Virus record (IMG/VR): IMGVR_UViG_3300027782_004732
Span: 6,602-70,601 of that record
Reading direction: 5' to 3' (one strand)
Length of the DNA stretch: 64,000 nt
Origin: a virus
The position numbers and the translations under genes are program-made. The notes under the pieces are model-generated. The model was given only the letters and a program-made list of their open reading frames with translations. It ran no database searches and had not been told where the DNA came from. The stretch's first letter is position 1. Each line of letters opens with the position of its first letter. Shown piece after piece: positions 1 to 9,974 of the stretch.

Positions 1-1533
1 TATAATATTATTGACACCACCAAGAGTAGTATTACCTGATTGTATAATAGTATTCCCTGATGTTACTGCTTGATTATATGTATTTTTTGCCTGACTTTCA
101 ACTACTTGCATTAAAGTAAGAATTGGAAATAAAACTTTTGGACTCAACACCGCAGATGCGAGTGCCAATGGGATTTGTTTTACATATTCTTTATTAACCG
201 CCAATTCTAAATTAAAATTTGTTGGTAAAAACGCTTGCCAATCAGGATTTTGATATAGAGTGTCTAAAACATTACTGATACTTTTTACTTGTTCATCGGG
301 ACTTTGGTCGTCAATAACATCTCTTAATCTAACTAACTCATCAATTAACGTTTCATAATCAACAGGTAATTTAACATTATCACAACCTTCAAACTCCACA
401 ACACCGTTTTGAATGTTTGAAACTTTAATTTCAATATTCCTTAAATCAACTTGAGTTAATTCGTAAAATGTGTCATCAACACCATCTAATTCTGCAACTT
501 TTGAAACACCACTAACATCAATCTCTCTTCTACTATCAAAACATAGACCTAAAATTCTCTGAATAATTAATGAAAATTGTGTACCCTTTTCAATTTCTTG
601 TGCACTCAAATTTGATTTAATACTGATTGCGCCTGAAATTATATTTAAAAGTATTGCAACAAAATCAACTTTGTCTACTAATTTAATTGTTGAGTAATAA
701 TCATTTAAAAATTCACCTACTTTATTTAGTGTTTGACCTGGAGTTATTCCTGATATTGTTAATGTGTTCGCGGGTTTATCAATTAATGCGACTCTATAAG
801 AAGGTTGGTTTACACCATATTGGTTTGTTGTACTATATACAAAATCAAATAAATCTAGACCTGAGGTTCCTTGGTAATATTTACCAAACTCTTGTTCATA
901 CGACCTACTTAAATTTGAATTTTCCATTCTAAGATTTAATGTTTTATTCATTGGGAATGGAAGAGGACCTGAGTAAGGTTTATAAACTCCTGATTGAACA
1001 TTTGGGTCATTTTTTTCAAATGAAATTTTACCTAATTTACTATCTACAGGATTTTTTAATAAATTTGCTAAATCTAAAGATTGTACTGGAACGTATATAC
1101 CTTCACCTGCAGGAAGAGTTGTTAAAGGATTTAATTGTAAATTTGATTTATCATATCCATTAAATGTTTGTTCTTGTGAACAACCCAAAGCTTTTAATGC
1201 TTCTTCGGTAATAATTTTTTGAATTTGAGGCTCTATCTTTACAACAACCTCTAAAAGTTTTTTTTTCAAATAATTAGTAGAACTTAATCCACTACCATTT
1301 GTAATATTAATTAATTCCAAAAGTTGGTCAAAGGATGTTGGTTGGTCCCTTAAGTATCTTTTTTGTTGGTTTGATATATTATCTAATGATGAATTTAAAC
1401 TTGCCGTAGATTGGGCAAATGAATCTCCTGCCGAACTTTTTAATTTTTTTGCTCCTGCCGAAATGTCTTTATAAGATTTGATTGAGTTTATTTGACTTTT
1501 TGCGCTGTCATAACTCTGATTTAAATCCGCCAT
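1..1533 (-). CDS. Large hypothetical protein, truncated at window edge (>=511 aa)
   Basis: Not in ORF track. ATG at 1533-1531 two bases after the stop of the 1536-1904 gene; reads MADLNQSYDSAKSQINSIKSYKDISAGAKK... and stays open to base 1. Confidence 0.85.
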   Translation of the reverse strand, partial: MADLNQSYDSAKSQINSIKSYKDISAGAKKLKSSAGDSFAQSTASLNSSLDNISNQQKRYLRDQPTSFDQLLELINITNGSGLSSTNYLKKKLLEVVVKIEPQIQKIITEEALKALGCSQEQTFNGYDKSNLQLNPLTTLPAGEGIYVPVQSLDLANLLKNPVDSKLGKISFEKNDPNVQSGVYKPYSGPLPFPMNKTLNLRMENSNLSRSYEQEFGKYYQGTSGLDLFDFVYSTTNQYGVNQPSYRVALIDKPANTLTISGITPGQTLNKVGEFLNDYYSTIKLVDKVDFVAILLNIISGAISIKSNLSAQEIEKGTQFSLIIQRILGLCFDSRREIDVSGVSKVAELDGVDDTFYELTQVDLRNIEIKVSNIQNGVVEFEGCDNVKLPVDYETLIDELVRLRDVIDDQSPDEQVKSISNVLDTLYQNPDWQAFLPTNFNLELAVNKEYVKQIPLALASAVLSPKVLFPILTLMQVVESQAKNTYNQAVTSGNTIIQSGNTTLGGVNNII

Positions 1534-1535
1534 TA

Positions 1536-1904
1536 TTATTTCATTTTATAAGTTTCCTCATCGTTAGAAACATCCTTATCAATTAAATTTTGAATAAGGT
1601 CATCATCTAAATCCGCAAGAGAAAACGATTCATTATTATTGTTATTAGATTTTTCCCAAATACTTGATTGTAATTTAGATAGACTAATTTTTTTCTCAAC
1701 GCAATCATTAACAATCTTTTGTTGTTTTTCAATTACAGGACCAATAGTCATCATGTCATTAGGGTCTTTTAACATTGAAAGCATTTTATTTTGAATCCTA
1801 ATTGCTGTTTGTCTTTGTTCTACAAGTTCATTATAGATTTCTTGCATTAAAGATAATATTGAATCTTTACTAAAATTAATTTCTTTACGTTGTGGTCTAG
1901 GCAT
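1536..1904 (-). CDS. Hypothetical coiled-coil protein
   Basis: 122 aa ORF, tightly packed, TATTTAT motif 4 nt upstream of ATG. Confidence 0.8.
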   Translation of the reverse strand: MPRPQRKEINFSKDSILSLMQEIYNELVEQRQTAIRIQNKMLSMLKDPNDMMTIGPVIEKQQKIVNDCVEKKISLSKLQSSIWEKSNNNNNESFSLADLDDDLIQNLIDKDVSNDEETYKMK

Positions 1905-1908
1905 ATCT

Positions 1909-1915
1909 ATAAATA
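1909..1915 (-). promoter_or_regulatory. TATTTAT putative late promoter element
   Basis: Minus strand AGTATTTATAGATATG, 4 nt before start at 1904. Confidence 0.6.
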
Positions 1916-1919
1916 CTTT

Positions 1920-2669
1920 TTAATCAGTTTTCATTTTACTTTGAATGAAAATATACAACTTTTTAAATCTTTTCATTGAGCTGCGAATTTCCTTTGTACT
2001 TAAATTTGTCATTTCTCTTAACGACAAAAGAATGACATTTTTATTAAATTTATTATTATCAGCCCCTGAAAAGATTGATTCGTAGTTATCAAATAAGTCA
2101 ATTAGAGCGTACCCCAACTTTCTTTCATTATCGTTCAAATTTTCACCTTCAATAAAATCTTTTAATTCTTTAAGGTATTCAGTGATTATAATACTAGTAT
2201 CAACTTGGTCTTCATCAATACGATACATCATATCGGGTCTTTCTTCAATACTTTCTGACATATCTTCATAAGATACCTTTCTGTTAATCTCTTTTTGGTC
2301 TTTTATTATTTGACCCATTAAATAATTTTTACAGATAGTACCAAAATAAGAATATGCTTTCTTTTCTTTTGAAGGTTTAAATTTATCAACCTTTGTCATT
2401 AAAAATGAATGAGTATCACAATGGATTTCGGTAAAATCCATATCTTTACGATATAATTTGTATCGTCTAATAATAGATGATATCATCTTATCTAAAGGAC
2501 CTCTTAAGAATTCGTTATATATTTTGTTCTTCTCTTCTGAAGTTTCAGCCAATAAAAAATTTCTTACTGCGGTCTCTTCTCTAACATCAAAATAATTTAC
2601 ATTTACCGTTTTCCTACCCCTTTTTTTAGATAAAACATCTTCTGTTGTTGCAGATAGAGTTTCTTGCAT
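1920..2669 (-). CDS. Phage RNA polymerase sigma factor, T4 gp55-like late sigma
   Basis: Sigma region-2-like segment VDKFKPSKEKKAYSYFGTICKNYLMGQIIKDQK, basic N-terminus KKRGRK..NYF, C-terminal helical LREMTNLSTKEIR. Confidence 0.7.
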   Translation of the reverse strand: MQETLSATTEDVLSKKRGRKTVNVNYFDVREETAVRNFLLAETSEEKNKIYNEFLRGPLDKMISSIIRRYKLYRKDMDFTEIHCDTHSFLMTKVDKFKPSKEKKAYSYFGTICKNYLMGQIIKDQKEINRKVSYEDMSESIEERPDMMYRIDEDQVDTSIIITEYLKELKDFIEGENLNDNERKLGYALIDLFDNYESIFSGADNNKFNKNVILLSLREMTNLSTKEIRSSMKRFKKLYIFIQSKMKTD

Positions 2670-3475
2670 TATCCATTGTCTGATTGATATTTTATGACTC
2701 TATCGTCAACAAAGAAAAATTCTTTTTTTGCGGTCTGAACCCAAAACTTAACTTCGTCTTCTAACATTTTGTTTTCACCAAATTTATAATTCCAAAAAAT
2801 AGAACCTTCTCTCATGTTGGTGTGTTTATACCCAAGTTTAGGTATTGTCATAATTGACACAGAATTGTAAGTTAATCTTAACAAAAACTCATAGACAAAA
2901 GTTAATTTGATTGAAGGTTTAAATCCTCCAAAATCTTCAATAACTTGTTTTTTAATAACCGCACCAGCAGTTTGGAAGTTTTGATAATCTTGTAAAGTTT
3001 CATTAGTTAAGAATCCCATTTCTTGACTAAAGTTTGCTGCAAATGTTGCCTCATTAGTAAATCCTGCAAATAAACCTTTTTCATCTGTTTCAACAACTAC
3101 AGGTAAAAATACTTGAGTTTCAGGAAATGAACCAATATATTTTTTAACATTTTTAAACCATATTGATGCATATTCATCATCAAATTCAAATAATGAAATC
3201 CAAGTACCTTTGGCGTTTTTAACACCAAAATTAACTTGGTCTGCATAATTAGGTTCTTTGTCCCATAATAATTTTGTAACATTTAAGTCACCAAAATCAT
3301 ATCCGTTTAAATGGTCAACTAATGATTCTTCAGTCGTATGTACAATTATTAATTCTTCAATATCAACAGTTTGTGATTTTATTGAAGTTATTGCCTTTTC
3401 AAAATAATCATTAAAATCTCTAGATTTAGATGATTTGATAGGTAGTATAATGGATAGTGATAATTTGTCGTTCAT
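2669..3475 (-). CDS. GT2-like glycosyltransferase
   Basis: LSIILPI start, NFGVKNAKGTWISLFEFDD (atypical DxD region); start moved to 3475 to avoid overlap (track gives 3508). Confidence 0.7.
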   Translation of the reverse strand: MNDKLSLSIILPIKSSKSRDFNDYFEKAITSIKSQTVDIEELIIVHTTEESLVDHLNGYDFGDLNVTKLLWDKEPNYADQVNFGVKNAKGTWISLFEFDDEYASIWFKNVKKYIGSFPETQVFLPVVVETDEKGLFAGFTNEATFAANFSQEMGFLTNETLQDYQNFQTAGAVIKKQVIEDFGGFKPSIKLTFVYEFLLRLTYNSVSIMTIPKLGYKHTNMREGSIFWNYKFGENKMLEDEVKFWVQTAKKEFFFVDDRVIKYQSDNG

Positions 3476-3476
3476 A

Positions 3477-4529
3477 TTATTCTTCTGTTTTAGATATTTG
3501 TTGTTCAAATGATTCAGCTCTTACGTTTAAGTAATTTTCAAATAATGAAATTACGGTAGAGTCAAATTCTTGTTTATTTGTGTAGTTTTCAACCGTTGTT
3601 TTCATATTCTCATAAAGTTCGGTTTTGATGTTATCCTCTAACCAATTTTGAATGTAGTCAGCAATAAAATCACAAATTAAATTTTTATTTGTAATCCAAA
3701 CTCCGTTATCATCATTCATCCATTCAGGTTGAATATTTGGAACTTTACCAATAACAGGTACACCCGATACCATTGATTCTAATGGGAAGGTACCAAAACC
3801 ACTCTCATCATCAATCCAAACACTAACAAAACAATCTCTTAATGAGTTTGCAAATTCTTTTTCAGAAAGACCTCTTAAATCTCTAAATGTAAACCATCTG
3901 TATTGAGGGAATTTTAAATAGAATGTTTTAATTATATTAATTGTATCTGATTGGTCTTTAGTGTGAACCCCAATAATTGGCATTGGTGGAACATTTTTTG
4001 GGTAAAAACTATCTGTAATTAAAGGTTTGATAATATCAAAACTTGATTGTCTCATAACCGTTTCAACATACTCTTGTTGTTTTGTTGTTGTCGTTAAACA
4101 TTTAAAGAAACCATATTGCGCCCAATTTTGACCAGGTTGTAAAGTTTCAACAATGTGATTATAGTTTTGAGTAAAAACTATTTTACCACAAGGTAAATTT
4201 TTAATTTGGTCCATTACGTACCCAAATAATTCAGGAACAATAATAAAATCTTCAGGGGCGATTTCTAAATTTTGACCTTCAATTGCTCTGTGAGGAATTG
4301 ACATGTATTCTTCATCAAGCCAAGCAACAACGCCTGAGTATTCTTTTTTCTCGTGAAGAATTATAGGATTAAATCCTGCATCCAATAGCGTTTTTGCCAT
4401 TTGATAAATTAATCTAACAGATGCTTTTGCATTACCTTTAGTATCTTGAATAAGAAAATAAATTCTTGATTTCTTATCTTTAAGGTTTTGAATTGACTGT
4501 TTTACTTTTTCGTTTAACGATGTGTCCAT
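3477..4529 (-). CDS. GT-B (GT4-like) glycosyltransferase
   Basis: DFIIVPE and ESGFGTFPLESMVSGVPVIG (EX7E-type motif). Confidence 0.7.
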   Translation of the reverse strand: MDTSLNEKVKQSIQNLKDKKSRIYFLIQDTKGNAKASVRLIYQMAKTLLDAGFNPIILHEKKEYSGVVAWLDEEYMSIPHRAIEGQNLEIAPEDFIIVPELFGYVMDQIKNLPCGKIVFTQNYNHIVETLQPGQNWAQYGFFKCLTTTTKQQEYVETVMRQSSFDIIKPLITDSFYPKNVPPMPIIGVHTKDQSDTINIIKTFYLKFPQYRWFTFRDLRGLSEKEFANSLRDCFVSVWIDDESGFGTFPLESMVSGVPVIGKVPNIQPEWMNDDNGVWITNKNLICDFIADYIQNWLEDNIKTELYENMKTTVENYTNKQEFDSTVISLFENYLNVRAESFEQQISKTEE

Positions 4530-4530
4530 A

Positions 4531-4812
4531 TTAATAATGATTTATAAGTTTTTTGTTTAATAAGCTATTAAATGCTAATCTGAATGGTATACTTGTGTTT
4601 GAACTTGATTTCATTCCTAACTGCTCATCAATTTCTTCATGTTCAGTTAAAACGGTGTCCATTAACATTTTTACCATTTCAAATTTTATGATGTTAATCC
4701 TTGTTTCTGTGTTACCTGAAGTCTCGTCGTCAGGGTATTGGTCAGACATGTCCAAATATTCTTCAACCTTGTCTAAGTCAATATAGTAGTTTTCTCCTAA
4801 TACTTTAATCAT
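4531..4812 (-). CDS. Hypothetical protein
   Basis: 93 aa ORF coupled to both neighbours. Confidence 0.75.
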   Translation of the reverse strand: MIKVLGENYYIDLDKVEEYLDMSDQYPDDETSGNTETRINIIKFEMVKMLMDTVLTEHEEIDEQLGMKSSSNTSIPFRLAFNSLLNKKLINHY

Positions 4813-5401
4813 ATAGCTCTTTTATTTTTGTTTGTAATTCTTTTAATTTTGTTATTGAATATTCTGTTTTAATATCTTTGTTATACGATGTTTCATATTT
4901 AATAACAATTTTTCCATTCGGATGATTTAATAATAAGTTAGGATTTGCCGTAAGTAAAATGTCTATTGAGTCCCACATAGAATTAATTGTTGGTTCACTA
5001 TAAAATTTAACTGATTCAACAAGACATCCAAACTTTGATATAAAAAACAACGAGGCTGGTTTTGATTTACCTATCTCATCAGAAACTATCGTAATATCAT
5101 GATTATCTCTCATGTCTAAATAAAAGTCATTAAAATCCATCATACTTGAAGTTTCTACTGAACCTGCATGGCCAAAAATCTCCATGGTGTGCTCTTTGTA
5201 TAAAAAATTGTAAAGTTCGTCCTCATCTTTAAATTTAAGATGTTTTGAAATATCCAAAGTTGTTAAATCAGAAATTACTTCGTATTCAGATTTTTCTTCA
5301 TCTTCTTTGAATGGATTTTCTAAATACCATTTTTCATACTCTTGTTGTATTTTTTTCAAGGTATCACGTAATACTCCATTTAATTCTATTGCAATTCTCA
5401 T
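4805..5401 (-). CDS. 5'(3')-deoxyribonucleotidase (NT5C)-like HAD-fold protein, catalytic motif degenerate
   Basis: MRIAIELNGVLRD in place of IxIDxDGVLxD; ITIVS motif II; SYNKD near C-terminus. Confidence 0.6.
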   Translation of the reverse strand: MRIAIELNGVLRDTLKKIQQEYEKWYLENPFKEDEEKSEYEVISDLTTLDISKHLKFKDEDELYNFLYKEHTMEIFGHAGSVETSSMMDFNDFYLDMRDNHDITIVSDEIGKSKPASLFFISKFGCLVESVKFYSEPTINSMWDSIDILLTANPNLLLNHPNGKIVIKYETSYNKDIKTEYSITKLKELQTKIKELYD

Positions 5402-6147
5402 TCCGTTTCGTTATCGTATTTTTGTAATATCTTAGTAATTAAAGGGTTTCTAACAATATCATTTTTGTCTTTAAACTCAAAAGTTGAAATATATTTGTCA
5501 TCTCTAAATTTTTCAATTGCATCCCACAATCCACTATGAGTTTTGTTTTTATATCGGTCCGATTGTTCTACATCACCCGATATAAAAAATTTACTGTTGA
5601 ATCCAATCCTTGTCAATAGAAGTTTCATTTGACTTGGAGTTGCATTTTGACCTTCTTCAAAAATTAAAATTGAATTATCAATATTCATACCTCTCATAAA
5701 TGCCAAAGCAAATACTTCAACAATTTCTAATTCTTTTAATTTTTCTCTTGTTTCTTTTCCAATTATTTTATTTAACAAATAATATGATGGGAAAATATAA
5801 GGGTCTAATTTTTCTTCTACATTACCAGGTAAACTACCTAATTTTTCTTCAGCCTCAACCGCAGGTCTTACAATAATAATTTTTTCATATGGAGTGGTTG
5901 GGTCTGAAAGTAAGTCAATTGCCGCTTTCATGGTAATATAACTTTTACCTACACCAGCTGGTCCTGAACATATCGTAACTTCACTTGAAGTTAAAGTATC
6001 GTAGTATCTTTTTTGCGTTTGAGTTAGAAATTTTTCTTTGGTTTTCTTTTTTAGAATTGAACAAATTATTTCTTTTTTTGTTTTATTATGACCCTCTTCC
6101 ATTGAAGGGGTTGGTACTGGTGATTTTTTTGGTCTTGTATTACCCAT
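5398..6147 (-). CDS. phoH: PhoH-like ATPase
   Basis: GPAGVGKS, RPAVEAEEKLGSLPG, LAFMRG, FEEGQN, LLTRIG, GDVEQSD, DIVRNPL. Confidence 0.95.
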   Translation of the reverse strand: MGNTRPKKSPVPTPSMEEGHNKTKKEIICSILKKKTKEKFLTQTQKRYYDTLTSSEVTICSGPAGVGKSYITMKAAIDLLSDPTTPYEKIIIVRPAVEAEEKLGSLPGNVEEKLDPYIFPSYYLLNKIIGKETREKLKELEIVEVFALAFMRGMNIDNSILIFEEGQNATPSQMKLLLTRIGFNSKFFISGDVEQSDRYKNKTHSGLWDAIEKFRDDKYISTFEFKDKNDIVRNPLITKILQKYDNETE

Positions 6148-6166
6148 TTATTTTTTATTTTTAGTT

Positions 6167-6550
6167 TTATTGATAATTTACATAATCTTTTTGTTCTCTA
6201 ACGTCAGAGTTAGTAAGAGTATTAATTTTATCTTTTAGTTCAAATCTTTTGTCATTAGTAAAATACACACTTCTTGATAGTTCAATAAAATTATTGTCAA
6301 AGTTTTTTTTACTTTCAATGACTCTTAAATTATCCTCAATGTCCCAAAGTTTTGAATTAGTCTCTACTAATTCATGATATAGTTTTAATACTTCCTCATC
6401 GTTTAAAAAAACGGATGAAAAATTATATAACAATTCAAATTCATTATTAACATAGTTTAATTTATCTATGTTAGTTATTTTTGTTTTTTTAACGTGTAAT
6501 ATTGATAATTTATCAATTAATTCACCAATGCTAATAGGTACTGTAATCAA
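6167..6550 (-). CDS. DUF6165-like protein (associated with glycosyltransferase clusters)
   Basis: VPISIGELIDKLSIL...LWDIED...RSVYFTNDKR...EQKDY; TTG start. Confidence 0.7.
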   Translation of the reverse strand: MITVPISIGELIDKLSILHVKKTKITNIDKLNYVNNEFELLYNFSSVFLNDEEVLKLYHELVETNSKLWDIEDNLRVIESKKNFDNNFIELSRSVYFTNDKRFELKDKINTLTNSDVREQKDYVNYQ

Positions 6551-6552
6551 TT

Positions 6553-7668
6553 TTATTTTATTTTAGTTCTGTTTATTGAATTTTCATTCGCATCTCTACG
6601 ATAAACGGTTTTACCATTATCTGGACTTTCATAAATCCATACAGTTTTTTGTTCTTTATCGTCTACTTGAGCTTTAATCCATTGATATGTTTTTTTCAAT
6701 CCAATAGATAATGGTTGACTAACTTCCCAACCAACTTTTTCTTTGTATAATTTGTTATCAGAATTTCTACCTTTAACACCCAACGGGCATTTAAATCCGT
6801 ATTTACTAATAAATTCTTCACCTTCAATATTTTTGATGGTTAAATCTTTAGTTGAAATTGCAATTGCCATTCCAGCCAATTGGTTAATGGTTACCATTTC
6901 TTCTGACCCAATATTAACTGGCCCTGTAAAATCGCTCTCCATTAATCTTAAAACAGCCTCTACGCACTCATCAACATATAAAAATGAACGTGTTTGTTTA
7001 CCATTACCCCAAACCTCAATAATATCACCATCTTTAGCTTCTGCTACTTTTCTACACATAGCTGCTGGTGACTTTTCTCTACCACCAATCCAAGTTCCTT
7101 GTGGTCCAAAAATGTTATGAAATCTTGCAATTCTAACATTTAATCCATAATTTCTATGGTAAGCCAAAAATACTCTTTCCGAGAATAATTTTTCCCATCC
7201 ATACTCAGAATCAGGATTTGCAGGATATGCAGAACTCTCTTCACAATTTGGATTATTTGGGTCTAATTGGTTGTGTTCAGGATACATACAAGCGGATGAT
7301 GAGTAGAAAACTTTTTTAACTTTTTTCTTAACGCACTCTCTTGATACGTTTAAATTAATTGTTGCAGAATTATGCATTAAATTTGCGTCGTTCTCACCTG
7401 TAAAGATGTATAACGCTCCACCCATATCTGCAGCCAATTGATATACTTCATCAACACCTTCTTCAATGACAGTATCAACTACTTTAGGGTCAGTTAAATC
7501 ACCTAATATAAATTCATCACAAATTTCACTATGGAAAAAATATTCGTGTTTTTTAATGTCACATATTCTTACGTGATTACCTTCTTCTTTTAATCTTTTT
7601 GCTAAATGACCACCGATAAAGCCACCGCCACCTAATACTACAATTTTCTTACCTGTCTTTTGATTCAT
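6553..7668 (-). CDS. GDP-mannose 3,5-epimerase-like NAD-dependent epimerase
   Basis: GGGGFIG, LAADMGG, SSACMYP, YGWEK, GGREKSPAAMCRK, GVKGRNSDN. Confidence 0.85.
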   Translation of the reverse strand: MNQKTGKKIVVLGGGGFIGGHLAKRLKEEGNHVRICDIKKHEYFFHSEICDEFILGDLTDPKVVDTVIEEGVDEVYQLAADMGGALYIFTGENDANLMHNSATINLNVSRECVKKKVKKVFYSSSACMYPEHNQLDPNNPNCEESSAYPANPDSEYGWEKLFSERVFLAYHRNYGLNVRIARFHNIFGPQGTWIGGREKSPAAMCRKVAEAKDGDIIEVWGNGKQTRSFLYVDECVEAVLRLMESDFTGPVNIGSEEMVTINQLAGMAIAISTKDLTIKNIEGEEFISKYGFKCPLGVKGRNSDNKLYKEKVGWEVSQPLSIGLKKTYQWIKAQVDDKEQKTVWIYESPDNGKTVYRRDANENSINRTKIK

Positions 7669-8284
7669 GTGCTACTTTGTATTCTATGTTAAGTTTATTA
7701 AAAATTTCATCACAACTAATATTATCTGATGACCATTTATCTAATTCTGATTTTTCAAAATATTCTTCATTAACCCACCAATCTTCAAATGGATGGTTTT
7801 TATATAGTTCGTGTGACACATCAGCACAAAGTAGACGATAACCTTTTGATTTTAAAAGTTCTCTTTGTGGTACCCTTTCTTGTTCGTGAAAATGATTACC
7901 AATATAAGCGTCATGCTCAATTGTGATTATTTTAAATGAATAATTTGTGTCAATAATTTTTTGAAGTAATTTGAATCTATCTCCACATTCTTCCATATCT
8001 AAAGTTAAATAATCAATTACTTTATCTGAGTAATAATCTTTAAGTAAATCATTGTAATCTTGATTTAAACAATCTTTTTGAAGAAATTTGCAATTCCTTA
8101 CTTTCCATTCTTCGCTGAAGTCTTTAATATCCAAAGATATACCGTCCCATCCGTTTAGTTCTAACAAATAAGTGTTATTAATTTTTTTAGGTAAAGAACA
8201 TCCTAAATCTAAAAATGTTCCTGGTTTACCGTTCATTAAGTTGTGGACAAATAAGTCTTGTCCTGATTGTGAATATGATTCCAT
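7649..8284 (-). CDS. FkbM-like SAM-dependent methyltransferase
   Basis: YSQSGQD, FLDLG, NNTYLLE..GWDG, IDYLTLDME, EDWW. Confidence 0.75.
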   Translation of the reverse strand: MESYSQSGQDLFVHNLMNGKPGTFLDLGCSLPKKINNTYLLELNGWDGISLDIKDFSEEWKVRNCKFLQKDCLNQDYNDLLKDYYSDKVIDYLTLDMEECGDRFKLLQKIIDTNYSFKIITIEHDAYIGNHFHEQERVPQRELLKSKGYRLLCADVSHELYKNHPFEDWWVNEEYFEKSELDKWSSDNISCDEIFNKLNIEYKVAHESKDR

Positions 8285-8296
8285 AATTTTTTTTTA

Positions 8297-9163
8297 TTAA
8301 AATAGTTGAGCATTGTCTTTAAATAAATAACAATTATCAAAAGACTTTTTTATTATTGGTATATAAGTTGTTGGATTTCCAGGATATAAAATTGTTTTAT
8401 ATGAATCTCTACCAATTAAAGACAAACAATACATTTGTATTAGATATTCCTGTTTAGTTATGTTGTAAGTTGAAATGAATTTATCGTCTCTTATGTCTTT
8501 TAATTCATTGTGAAACCCTATCAAATTATTAGACATTGGTATTTGTGTTATAGTTTTAAACTTAAGGTTTGAACTTTTAAAATCGTTTAAAACTCTATAA
8601 TCATCAGTTTGTATTAATATTTCTTTACCATCTAAATTAAGTGTGTTTAAAATACCTATGTAAGCACTTGTGTCTGGTATTCTTGATTCACCAGACTTGT
8701 CAGTACTTCTTGCCCACACAAATACAGTATTATTTATATCAATATTGTTTGAATACATTAAATTGTTATAATAACTAACAATACTTTCTTTTGGGGTAAA
8801 AAACTTATCAATAACTTGATTGGTTATGTTAAAGTTAAGATGTTTAACATCATCAATACCAAGACCAAAAGCACTGGTAATTAAGTATTGTTCAAAATAA
8901 CTTTTATCTTTGTCTGATATGTTTGAGTAATCAATTTGATTATTATTTTTTTCAAAAAATAAATCAAACGCCTCTTCTCCATTATATTCGTCTAATATTA
9001 ATTCTACTGACTCTACTTTATATCCGTTTAATTCTAACAACGCAATTTTACGAATAACCCAAACCAAATTTGCATATAACCCAGCATCTCTTTTAAACTG
9101 ATATGACTTAGTTTCTTGATTATAACTTTCGTAGTTTAAACTTAAAATGTTAGATAATTTCAT
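8297..9163 (-). CDS. NodZ/O-fucosyltransferase-like protein
   Basis: AGLYAN, VWARSTDK (cf. VHxRxTD), ILIQTDD GDP-fucose transferase-type motifs. Confidence 0.55.
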   Translation of the reverse strand: MKLSNILSLNYESYNQETKSYQFKRDAGLYANLVWVIRKIALLELNGYKVESVELILDEYNGEEAFDLFFEKNNNQIDYSNISDKDKSYFEQYLITSAFGLGIDDVKHLNFNITNQVIDKFFTPKESIVSYYNNLMYSNNIDINNTVFVWARSTDKSGESRIPDTSAYIGILNTLNLDGKEILIQTDDYRVLNDFKSSNLKFKTITQIPMSNNLIGFHNELKDIRDDKFISTYNITKQEYLIQMYCLSLIGRDSYKTILYPGNPTTYIPIIKKSFDNCYLFKDNAQLF

Positions 9164-9974
9164 TATTAATTGATTTTATAATTTTGTTTACACCTTCTTT
9201 TAGAGATATTTTTGGTTTCCAAAATTCAAGAATATATGGGTCTGGTTCATTTTTCTTATTTAATTGAACACTATCAATTTCTGTTGATGGGGTAATTTTA
9301 CATGTTATTGTTTCTTGTATAATTTCAGCAATTTCCAAAATTGTACTCCATTCAAAACTGGTAATATGTAAATTTTTATCTCTGTCAATTTTATTATATT
9401 TTTCAGATAAAATCATAAGTGCGTTTGAACAATCTTCAGCATGAAGAAATTGTCTTTCTTCTTTACCATCCGTCATCATTGTAATCTCACCTTCTTTCGC
9501 CTTTAAAATAAAATCGGTGATTACATGAGACTTTTCTAAATCGTGTTCAACACCATAAACATTCCAAAATTTAACAGTTAATCCATTTAAAGCTTTTGAA
9601 TATACTTCACCAATTGATTTACAAACACCATATGGGGAGTATGACATATTAGCCATTTGAGATGATGCAAAAATAAATGGTTTATTGTATTTTTTAATTG
9701 TTTCAAATGTGAATAAAGTTAACCTTACGTTGTTGTCAATGAATTCATATGTGTGTTGATATTTTTTTAAATATCTTGAACCACCGACATCAAATGCTAA
9801 AAACATTACAAAATCGGTGTCCTTGATATATTCTTCTAACACACCTTGAATTCTTAAATCTTTATTTTTATCTGACGCGATATCAAATTCTACAACCTCA
9901 TGTCCTTTATCTTTTAGGAAAATACATAATTCGTGTCCAACTTGACCATCAGAACCTAATACCAAATACTTCAT
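9150..9974 (-). CDS. NAD-dependent epimerase/dehydratase (extended SDR)
   Basis: GSDGQVG, FASSQ, YGVCK, NVYG, RQFLHAED; start moved to 9974. Confidence 0.85.
   Translation of the reverse strand: MKYLVLGSDGQVGHELCIFLKDKGHEVVEFDIASDKNKDLRIQGVLEEYIKDTDFVMFLAFDVGGSRYLKKYQHTYEFIDNNVRLTLFTFETIKKYNKPFIFASSQMANMSYSPYGVCKSIGEVYSKALNGLTVKFWNVYGVEHDLEKSHVITDFILKAKEGEITMMTDGKEERQFLHAEDCSNALMILSEKYNKIDRDKNLHITSFEWSTILEIAEIIQETITCKITPSTEIDSVQLNKKNEPDPYILEFWKPKISLKEGVNKIIKSINNEII

Noticed and set aside
687-1163. Short plus-strand ORFs in the track
   Set aside because: Lie antisense within the long minus-strand ORF 1-1533
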